Origin: Mixta theicola
GTDB taxonomy: Bacteria > Pseudomonadota > Gammaproteobacteria > Enterobacterales > Enterobacteriaceae
Length of the DNA: 32,000 bases
Assembly: GCF_002895925.1 (NCBI RefSeq)
Contig: NZ_NWUO01000007.1
Span: forward strand, 137,252-169,251
Reading direction: 5' to 3'
Within the stretch, counting starts at the first letter, position 1, and every line of letters starts with the position of its first letter. The notes under the pieces were generated by a model. It saw only the letters and a program-made list of their open reading frames with translations, was not told where the DNA came from and did no database searches. This document shows, in pieces, positions 10,887 to 17,174 of this stretch. The position numbers and the translations under genes were made by a program.

Positions 10887-12314
10887 ATGATGAGTACAGA
10901 GATTAAAACCCAGGTCGTCGTGCTTGGGGCAGGTCCTGCGGGCTACTCTGCAGCCTTTCGCTGCGCGGATTTAGGTCTGGAGACCGTACTGGTAGAGCGT
11001 TTCAGCACCCTTGGCGGTGTTTGTCTTAACGTGGGCTGTATCCCTTCTAAAGCGCTGCTGCACGTAGCGAAAGTTATCGAAGAAGCGAAAGCGCTGGCGG
11101 AACACGGCATCGTTTTCGGTGAACCGCAAACCGACATTGACAAGATCCGTACCTGGAAAGAAAAAGTCATCAACCAGCTGACCGGCGGTCTGTCTGGCAT
11201 GGCGAAAGGTCGTAAAGTCAAAGTGGTTAACGGTCTCGGTAAATTTACCGGCGCGAATACGCTGGTGGTTGAAGGCGAAAACGGCGCGACCACAATCAAC
11301 TTCGATAATGCCATTATTGCGGCGGGTTCACGTCCGATTCAGCTACCTTTCATTCCTCATGAAGATCCCCGCGTTTGGGACTCTACGGTTGCGCTTGAGC
11401 TGAAAGAAGTGCCGAAGCGTATGCTGGTGATGGGCGGCGGTATTATCGGCCTGGAAATGGGCACCGTTTATCACGCGCTGGGTTCAGAAATTGACGTGGT
11501 TGAGATGTTCGACCAGGTTATCCCGGCCGCCGATAAAGACGTGGTTAAAGTCTTTACTAAACGCATCAGCAAGAAATTCAATCTGATGCTGGAAACCAAG
11601 GTTACCGCGGTTGAAGCCAAAGAAGACGGCATCTACGTTTCTATGGAAGGCAAAAAAGCGCCGGCTGAAGCGCAGCGTTACGACGCGGTGCTGGTCGCTA
11701 TCGGTCGCGTGCCGAACGGCAAAAACCTGGATGCTGGTAAAGCGGGCGTAGAAGTGGACGATCGCGGCTTTATCCGCGTTGATAAGCAGATGCGTACTAA
11801 CGTGCCGCACATTTACGCCATTGGCGACATCGTCGGTCAGCCGATGCTGGCGCATAAAGGCGTACACGAAGGTCACGTTGCGGCAGAAGTTATCGCCGGT
11901 AAGAAACACTACTTCGATCCGAAAGTGATCCCGTCCATCGCCTATACCGAACCGGAAGTAGCATGGGTTGGCCTGACCGAGAAAGAAGCGAAAGAGAAAG
12001 GCATCAGCTATGAAACGGCCACCTTCCCGTGGGCTGCTTCCGGCCGTGCTATCGCTTCTGACTGTGCAGACGGTATGACCAAGCTGATTTTCGATAAAGA
12101 AACGCATCGCGTGATCGGCGGCGCCATTGTCGGCACCAACGGCGGCGAGCTGCTGGGCGAAATCGGCCTGGCGATCGAAATGGGCTGTGATGCGGAAGAT
12201 ATTGCGCTGACCATTCATGCTCACCCGACGCTTCATGAGTCGGTTGGCCTGGCGGCGGAAATTTTTGAAGGTAGCATTACCGACCTGCCTAATCCGAAAG
12301 CGAAGAAAAAATAA
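10887..12314 (+). CDS. lpdA: dihydrolipoyl dehydrogenase E3
   Basis: 475-aa ORF (tandem ATG ATG; the second ATG at 10890 gives the E. coli-like MSTEIKTQVVVLGAGPAGYSAAFRCADLG). Redox-active CLNVGCIPSK. C-terminus DLPNPKAKKK as in E. coli Lpd. Confidence 0.97.
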   Translation: MMSTEIKTQVVVLGAGPAGYSAAFRCADLGLETVLVERFSTLGGVCLNVGCIPSKALLHVAKVIEEAKALAEHGIVFGEPQTDIDKIRTWKEKVINQLTGGLSGMAKGRKVKVVNGLGKFTGANTLVVEGENGATTINFDNAIIAAGSRPIQLPFIPHEDPRVWDSTVALELKEVPKRMLVMGGGIIGLEMGTVYHALGSEIDVVEMFDQVIPAADKDVVKVFTKRISKKFNLMLETKVTAVEAKEDGIYVSMEGKKAPAEAQRYDAVLVAIGRVPNGKNLDAGKAGVEVDDRGFIRVDKQMRTNVPHIYAIGDIVGQPMLAHKGVHEGHVAAEVIAGKKHYFDPKVIPSIAYTEPEVAWVGLTEKEAKEKGISYETATFPWAASGRAIASDCADGMTKLIFDKETHRVIGGAIVGTNGGELLGEIGLAIEMGCDAEDIALTIHAHPTLHESVGLAAEIFEGSITDLPNPKAKKK

Positions 12315-12339
12315 CGTTTTTGTAGGTAGATAAAAGCTA

Positions 12340-12364
12340 ACGGCTCCGAAAGGGGCCGTTTTTT
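12340..12364 (+). terminator. rho-independent terminator of lpdA
   Basis: ACGGCTCC-GAAA-GGGGCCGT hairpin followed by TTTTT, 26 nt after the lpdA stop. Confidence 0.7.
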
Positions 12365-12469
12365 ATTAGGTAAAGCAAAAGACGGGATAATTTTTCTGTT
12401 GATGCTTTTATTTTGTGATAAAGCGACAGGTGCTGGTAGACGTCGGTTGTTATTATCCAAAAGTCTTCA

Positions 12470-12564
12470 AAATCAAAGAAATAGTGTTATTTAAAAAAGT
12501 GGAATTTACTGGTGGATTTTTGCTCCTTGTTTTTTGTTTTTAAAATCAGTGAGATAATTTTAGA
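12470..12564 (+). promoter_or_regulatory. CRISPR1 leader
   Basis: AT-rich 95 nt abutting the first repeat. It shares ordered blocks with the CRISPR2 leader: AAATCAA(A)GA, GTTAT, TTAAAAA, GGAA(A)TTT, GGTGGA and an identical ATAATTTTAGAG directly before repeat 1. Confidence 0.75.
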
Positions 12565-14672
12565 GTGTTCCCCGCGCCAGCGGGGATAAACCGACCATAA
12601 TCGCCGAGCGCAGCAGTTCTTTTATGTGTTCCCCGCGCCAGCGGGGATAAACCGCGTTTTATAACCGCCCAACAGAACAGCGCGATGTGTTCCCCGCGCC
12701 AGCGGGGATAAACCGCCGCTTCTAATACGGTAGACGCCACGCCCGTCGTGTTCCCCGCGCCAGCGGGGATAAACCTTCGCCCAGCTCGGCCGCAATGGGT
12801 AAAACGCGGTGTTCCCCGCGCCAGCGGGGATAAACCGGCTCATTTCACAGGTTAGGGTTCGGTGTGTTTGTGTTCCCCGCGCCAGCGGGGATAAACCGCA
12901 ACCGAGGCGACCGTGACAGCCACCATGATCGTGTTCCCCGCGCCAGCGGGGATAAACCGCTGCCGCGCGAGTTCTGTCATGTTGCCCCGAGGTGTTCCCC
13001 GCGCCAGCGGGGATAAACCGGCCGTCCGTGAGTCGATGGTGAATACCTACGAGTGTTCCCCGCGCCAGCGGGGATAAACCGGCTATCTGTATACCGTGGA
13101 TGATGAGTTTGCCGTGTTCCCCGCGCCAGCGGGGATAAACCGGTTAATAACAATGTCTGAAAAATTGATAGGTGGTGTTCCCCGCGCCAGCGGGGATAAA
13201 CCGCGTTCGACACCGACACTGACAACGGCGCGCTACTGGCCGTGTTCCCCGCGCCAGCGGGGATAAACCGCAGATGCGTTCTACAACAGGGCTCATCAGG
13301 AGGTGTTCCCCGCGCCAGCGGGGATAAACCGCCTGGCGTCGGGGAATGAAGCACCGATGGGAGGTGTTCCCCGCGCCAGCGGGGATAAACCGCAACGGGT
13401 GAGTAATTCTGCTCAATATAGTGGGTGTTCCCCGCGCCAGCGGGGATAAACCGCGACCAATTCTGTCAGAGACATCGAGAATTATGTGTTCCCCGCGCCA
13501 GCGGGGATAAACCGGAAATTCTGTCGTTCACCACCTCCCGAAACCCGTGTTCCCCGCGCCAGCGGGGATAAACCGCGTCCACCAGCGAGGTTTGGTGGCC
13601 GGAGAATGTGTTCCCCGCGCCAGCGGGGATAAACCGGTTCCATTTTCAACCTTGTTTAATTTATCCTTGTGTTCCCCGCGCCAGCGGGGATAAACCGCGC
13701 GCTGCTCGTGGGCGAACCACCAAAAAGAGTGTTCCCCGCGCCAGCGGGGATAAACCGAATACGACGAGCTATGCCCGGCTTCTTCTTGAGTGTTCCCCGC
13801 GCCAGCGGGGATAAACCGGTGCCCGACAGCGAAATTAACTGGGAGCAGTTGTGTTCCCCGCGCCAGCGGGGATAAACCGGTATATTGCGACCAGTCCATG
13901 TCAGTCATTACGTGTTCCCCGCGCCAGCGGGGATAAACCGCGGCCAGTAAATAAAAAAGAACCAAAACCGCTGTGTTCCCCGCGCCAGCGGGGATAAACC
14001 GATGAATTTGAACATATTTACCTCGGCGTGCCGGTGTTCCCCGCGCCAGCGGGGATAAACCGGCGGCATTTGATATGGCACGGTTAATAATTTCGTGTTC
14101 CCCGCGCCAGCGGGGATAAACCGTTTTCCAGAGCGTTCCTGCGCGCGGGCGATGAGTGTTCCCCGCGCCAGCGGGGATAAACCGCAGGAAATGATCGCCT
14201 GCCTTAAGGGTCAAATGTGTTCCCCGCGCCAGCGGGGATAAACCGGTTTTCAATACGTGTACGCCATTCTTTGAAAAGTGTTCCCCGCGCCAGCGGGGAT
14301 AAACCGGAGGCGCTGCTTATGTTTGATGAGCTGAGCAAGTGTTCCCCGCGCCAGCGGGGATAAACCGGAATCCGTTATCATCAAAATGCGCCTTTATTTG
14401 TGTTCCCCGCGCCAGCGGGGATAAACCGAGCTTTTAATGTCTAACACAGAATTTCCTGCTGTGTTCCCCGCGCCAGCGGGGATAAACCGACCCGAAAACG
14501 CCGAAAGGTAAGGCGTACACCGTGTTCCCCGCGCCAGCGGGGATAAACCGTGAACCTGACTTATCCGACAGCCTCCGGCAATGTGTTCCCCGCACCAGCG
14601 GGGATAAACCGCTACCGGCGAGAAAGGTCGCCCCGGACGTGGCGTGTTCCCTGCGCCAGCGGGGATAAACCG
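12565..14672 (+). CRISPR. CRISPR1, type I-E array, 35 repeats / 34 spacers
   Basis: 29-nt repeat GTGTTCCCCGCGCCAGCGGGGATAAACCG at 12565, 12626, ... 14644 with period 61. Spacers are 32 nt except 38 nt (13204-13241) and 31 nt (13698-13728). Repeat 4 ends in T (12776). The last two repeats carry one substitution each (14583: CGCACC; 14644: CCCTGCG). Plus orientation is inferred from the leader at the 5' side, degenerate repeats at the 3' side, and the I-E 5' handle ATAAACCG. Confidence 0.98.
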
Positions 14673-14872
14673 CCTGTCCCGCTCAATACCATACCATCAA
14701 CAGCAAATGCCGCTTGTGCCCACCGAACGCTTCTGTGAAGCCTAATGGCGCATCTGGCGTATGGTGCAGATCTTTATCTTACGGCACTGCTTTTGAGCTG
14801 GCTGGGTTAAATTTTTTATTCAATGCCGGGGCGACACCTGAGGAATTTCCTGCGGGCCAGACTGGTTTTTAA
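14673..14872 (+). pseudogene. decayed copy of the toxin-ORF linker fused directly to the last CRISPR1 repeat
   Basis: 14673-14738 reads PVPLNTIPSTANAACAHRTLL*, compare PVPLSTINSKAAGG in the 15085 ORF; the DNA is homologous to 15561-15600 and 16422-16460 with a 5-bp ATACC duplication. A second piece in another frame (14816-14872, LFNAGATPEEFPAGQTGF*) resembles IYNGNPEGFRQT of the same ORF. Confidence 0.5.
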
Positions 14873-14958
14873 TGCGCGCTCGCTGACAGTGACAGGCCCT
14901 GACGGGAAAGCGTGAAACAGATAAATATTGTCGAAAATAACGACAGGATTCACTATAG

Positions 14959-14998
14959 CTAATTCACTAATTCACTAATTCACTAATTCACTAATTAA
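14959..14998. repeat. tandem octamer (CTAATTCA) x4 perfect plus 1 imperfect
   Basis: CTAATTCA repeats at 14959, 14967, 14975 and 14983, then CTAATTAA at 14991, with a partial ATTCACTA at 14948. It lies about 90 nt upstream of the 15085 ATG in very AT-rich DNA. Confidence 0.9.
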
Positions 14999-15084
14999 CT
15001 GATATAAATGGTTTTTTATGGTTGATGTCTAAATAAAGTTGTGCAATCGTGCAGGCGACAGTTTCCATCATAAGGATATGATGT

Positions 15085-16008
15085 ATGAGCTTCAGCCTGC
15101 CCGGAACCGATCTTTATTATCTGCCGCGCGACGATTTGGCCCCGGAGAAATATGAGGAAATTGTCTCTCCTCATTCCGCCTGGTCACGAATCGACAGCCA
15201 ATATGTTTTTGATGACCGTCCGCTTTTGTGTTTTCAGCTTATCAATATGTATGAACGCGCCTTTAACGGCTATACAAACCAGCCGCCGCCGCACGGGCCA
15301 CGGGAGCGGGAAAAGCTAAAAAGTATGATTTACTGCGGCGAGGCGGTGATGCTCGGCGGATTTTCTGCCTTAAAAGGCCGGCTGTTTTATATCAACGACG
15401 ATGGCGAGCTGATTTGCCGCGACCCGCTGGTGTTTAAGTTTAACGGGGCGCAGGATATTATCCGTGAATATAAAAGATCGGTTGCCCGCCGGGACTACAG
15501 CAGCAGGGGCGGAAAGCCACGTCCCACCGTTTTACCTGCCCGGCAGGCCGGGATAAAGCAGCCCGTTCCGCTCAGTACTATCAACAGTAAAGCCGCCGGT
15601 GGAATTTATAACGGCAACCCTGAAGGATTCAGACAGACTGCAGAGCAGCTGGGAGGCGATGCGCCTGCCGGTTATGACCAGATGATATCTGACCAGGCCA
15701 AAGGGTTGCTTATTGCGGGCGCCTCAATAGCGGCTGGCCTGACACTGGGCAGAATGCCTGTCAGTAAAACCAGGGTAAAAGGAGCTGTGGCGAAAGCGGA
15801 GGCTGTGGCTGGTAATTCGCTGAAAAATATCGGGAATAGCACCGCCAAAAATTTGTTTAAAAATAGAGCGGAAACACAAGCTAGTATCGATCAGAAATTA
15901 GCTAACTACCTGTTGAATAAAGATAACCCCGTTGGAAGCAGCAAGGCGGAATGGTTCGATAGCGCTCTTGGTTTTAACACAACAAATTCAGGTGAGCTTA
16001 CAAAATAA
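15085..16008 (+). CDS. polymorphic-toxin-like protein with an unrecognised N-terminal region, Gly/Ala-rich hydrophobic segment and a DUF6883-like C-terminal domain cut by a TAA
   Basis: 307-codon ORF with the SD AAGGA 8 nt upstream of the ATG. I do not recognise residues 1-170. The linker PVPLSTINSKAAGGIYNGNPEGF recurs twice elsewhere in the island. There is a hydrophobic GLLIAGASIAAGLTLG segment. From residue 269, DQKLANYLLNKDNPVGSSKAEWFDSALGF matches my memory of the DUF6883 signature (KLxxYLLxxxHPxGxxKAxFFxxLGF). Confidence 0.6.
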   Translation: MSFSLPGTDLYYLPRDDLAPEKYEEIVSPHSAWSRIDSQYVFDDRPLLCFQLINMYERAFNGYTNQPPPHGPREREKLKSMIYCGEAVMLGGFSALKGRLFYINDDGELICRDPLVFKFNGAQDIIREYKRSVARRDYSSRGGKPRPTVLPARQAGIKQPVPLSTINSKAAGGIYNGNPEGFRQTAEQLGGDAPAGYDQMISDQAKGLLIAGASIAAGLTLGRMPVSKTRVKGAVAKAEAVAGNSLKNIGNSTAKNLFKNRAETQASIDQKLANYLLNKDNPVGSSKAEWFDSALGFNTTNSGELTK

Positions 16009-16184
16009 ATAATCTTTGATGCCACTAAAGCTATCAAAACAGCAGAAACGCAGTTTGGTACTAAATATGTCAAATGATGCCAATAACTGGTCTGAATGGT
16101 AGAACTATTAACATTAAATTTGGTTGGATTAGGAATAATGATGGATTTGTCAGGCTCGTAACCGCTATTCCGGCCCAAAAATGA
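16009..16184 (+). pseudogene. remainder of the DUF6883-like domain, separated by a nonsense codon and a frameshift
   Basis: Reading on past TAA 16006-16008 gives IIFDATKAIKTAETQFGTKYVK then TGA (16075-16077). The -1 frame (2 nt downstream-shifted) entered at 16074 gives MMPITGLNGRTINIKFGWIRNNDGFVRLVTAIPAQK* (stop 16182-16184). Together these give the second half of the recalled DUF6883 pattern (G.KYV...GPNGR...WI...LVTA.P). Confidence 0.6.
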
Positions 16185-16205
16185 AAATTTATCGGAATTT
16201 ACTTT

Positions 16206-16403
16206 ATGTTAAAAGAATATGATGTAGTAAAAGCAAAAAAAGAGCTGACTAAAAAAGTATTAAAAAATTGTACAGGAGCTATAGTTTTGATATATCAAGA
16301 ACCTACTTTAGGGTATGAAGTAGATTTCGTGGATAATCAAGGAGATACGTTAGAAGTGCTAACAGTTTACCCTGAAGATGATATTGAACCAGTAAAATTT
16401 TGA
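16206..16403 (+). CDS. DUF4926-like small protein (candidate immunity/antitoxin partner)
   Basis: Intact 65-aa ORF MLKEYDVVKAKKELTKKVLKNCTGAIVLIYQEPTLGYEVDFVDNQGDTLEVLTVYPEDDIEPV. The pattern (D.V.L......L..G..G.IV.......YEVEF.D..G.T..V.T......I.P) fits my recollection of DUF4926, which commonly follows DUF6883 genes. It starts 21 nt after the reconstructed DUF6883 stop and is very AT-rich. Confidence 0.55.
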   Translation: MLKEYDVVKAKKELTKKVLKNCTGAIVLIYQEPTLGYEVDFVDNQGDTLEVLTVYPEDDIEPVKF

Positions 16404-16409
16404 TTCAGC

Positions 16410-16530
16410 CAGGATAAGGAAGCTTGTCCCGCTCAGTACCATCAATAGCAAAACCGCCGGGAGGCTTCTGGCCGCCGGTAGAATTTATAACGGCAGCTCT
16501 GGATTGTTGGATCCTAAAATGCTGAAATAA
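16410..16530 (+). pseudogene. orphan (promoterless, start-less) copy of the toxin linker with a different short C-terminus
   Basis: 16420-16530 reads KLVPLSTINSKTAGRLLAAGRIYNGSSGLLDPKMLK*. The DNA is homologous to 15549-15620 with an insertion of about 18 nt. There is no ATG in frame after the upstream stop at 16393-16395. Confidence 0.6.
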
Positions 16531-16531
16531 A

Positions 16532-16771
16532 GATATAGATAATGATTTTGAAATAAAATTTTTTATTGATTCTAAGTATGAAGAAATCACGGTGGAAATT
16601 TGTTATGGGGAAATACTCTACCAATGAAACAAAGATAAAGGCCCTGATAATATTGAAATAGAATTTTTTTCAGACGTCAAAATCTTAGCTGAACAAAATG
16701 CCATGAAATTTATCCTGAGTAGGTTCTTACAGATTTTAGCGGAAACAATACAAGAACTGGAAATATCTTAG
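16532..16771 (+). pseudogene. degraded small ORF, possibly an orphan immunity gene
   Basis: The frame reads DIDNDFEIKFFIDSKYEEITVEICYGEILYQ*NKDKGPDNIEIEFFSDVKILAEQNAMKFILSRFLQILAETIQELEIS*. It has an in-frame TGA at 16625-16627 and no clear start. Its AT-rich acidic composition and its position after an orphan toxin tip are typical of immunity genes. The family is not recognised. Confidence 0.35.
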
Positions 16772-16991
16772 CCAATACGAATCCCTGCCAACTGGCCGGG
16801 ATGTTAATGTATAACCAGCCTGCCTGAACTCAAAGTATGACGAATAATAAACAAGGAATGTTAGATGCTGCAGGGCGTAAGAAATACATTCTGGCAGACC
16901 ATGAGGAACACCCGAACCTATAAAGGGTGGCCAGGCCGAGAAAAATGCGGCAGCGGAAGGCTTCATTCGTGATGTTTTGCACAATCCTGAT

Positions 16992-17080
16992 GTGTTCCCT
17001 GCGTCAGGGAGGATCAACCGAACGTCAGCTGTTGAATGTTGATAGGGCGGTGTGTTCTCCGCCCAGGTGACGATAAACTT
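16992..17080 (+). CRISPR. two heavily decayed CRISPR repeats with a 31-nt spacer (relic trailer)
   Basis: 16992-17020 GTGTTCCCTGCGTCAGGGAGGATCAACCG has 5 of 29 mismatches to the repeat. 17052-17080 GTGTTCTCCGCCCAGGTGACGATAAACTT has 9 of 29 ungapped mismatches. The orientation is the same as CRISPR1. Confidence 0.8.
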
Positions 17081-17145
17081 TTATATCAAAATGAGAGTTT
17101 ATCGCAGTGGATTCAACTGGAATAAAATAATAGCCTGCCATTATA

Positions 17146-17174
17146 TTTATTGCTGCGCCTTCGGGGATTAATTA
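17146..17174 (+). repeat. possible third decayed repeat overlapping the cas3 stop codon
   Basis: TTTATTGCTGCGCCTTCGGGGATTAATTA matches 17 of 29 positions overall, but the core GCGCC..CGGGGAT matches 12 of 14. Spacing from the previous relic is 94 nt, not 61. Confidence 0.35.

Noticed and set aside
12381-12423. GACGGGATAATTT and GTGATAAAGCG motifs between the lpdA terminator and leader 1, considered as repeat relics upstream of the leader
   Set aside because: They give only 7-9 nt of similarity, with no hairpin half and no 61-nt spacing. This is indistinguishable from chance.
13455-13546. Spacers 15 and 16 of CRISPR1 share AATTCTGTC, and spacer 5 (12838) and CRISPR2 spacer 19 (27292) both start GCTCAT and contain TAGGGT
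   Set aside because: The shared strings are 6-9 nt with no extended alignment. This is not enough to claim common or neighbouring protospacers without a database search. By eye I saw no spacer matching elsewhere in this window, so no self-targeting is detected.
12546-14253. Minus-strand ORFs of 64-241 aa in CRISPR1, plus equivalents at 26267-27733 in CRISPR2 and plus-strand ORFs at 13608-13875
   Set aside because: Their products are periodic GLSPLARGT / FIPAGAGNT / VYPRWRGEH, which are the three reading frames of the repeat reverse complement. They are artefacts of translating a CRISPR array.
14550-14738. 62-aa plus-strand ORF spanning the last repeats and the linker relic
   Set aside because: It is a chimeric reading through two CRISPR repeats into the decayed linker copy. 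There is no SD, and only its last ~20 codons are meaningful, as a pseudogene fragment.
15906-16178. Minus-strand ORFs in the island (15906-16178, 16405-16590, 16736-17017)
   Set aside because: They are antisense to sequences with clear plus-strand homology (the DUF6883-like domain, the linker copy, a decayed repeat). They have no SD and their composition is driven by AT-rich DNA.
17100-17128. GGAATAAAA as the 3' end of another decayed repeat between the relics at 17052 and 17146
   Set aside because: It is a match of only 7 of 9 in AT-rich sequence, with the wrong spacing (48 nt). It is mentioned only as compatible with an indel-ridden trailer.
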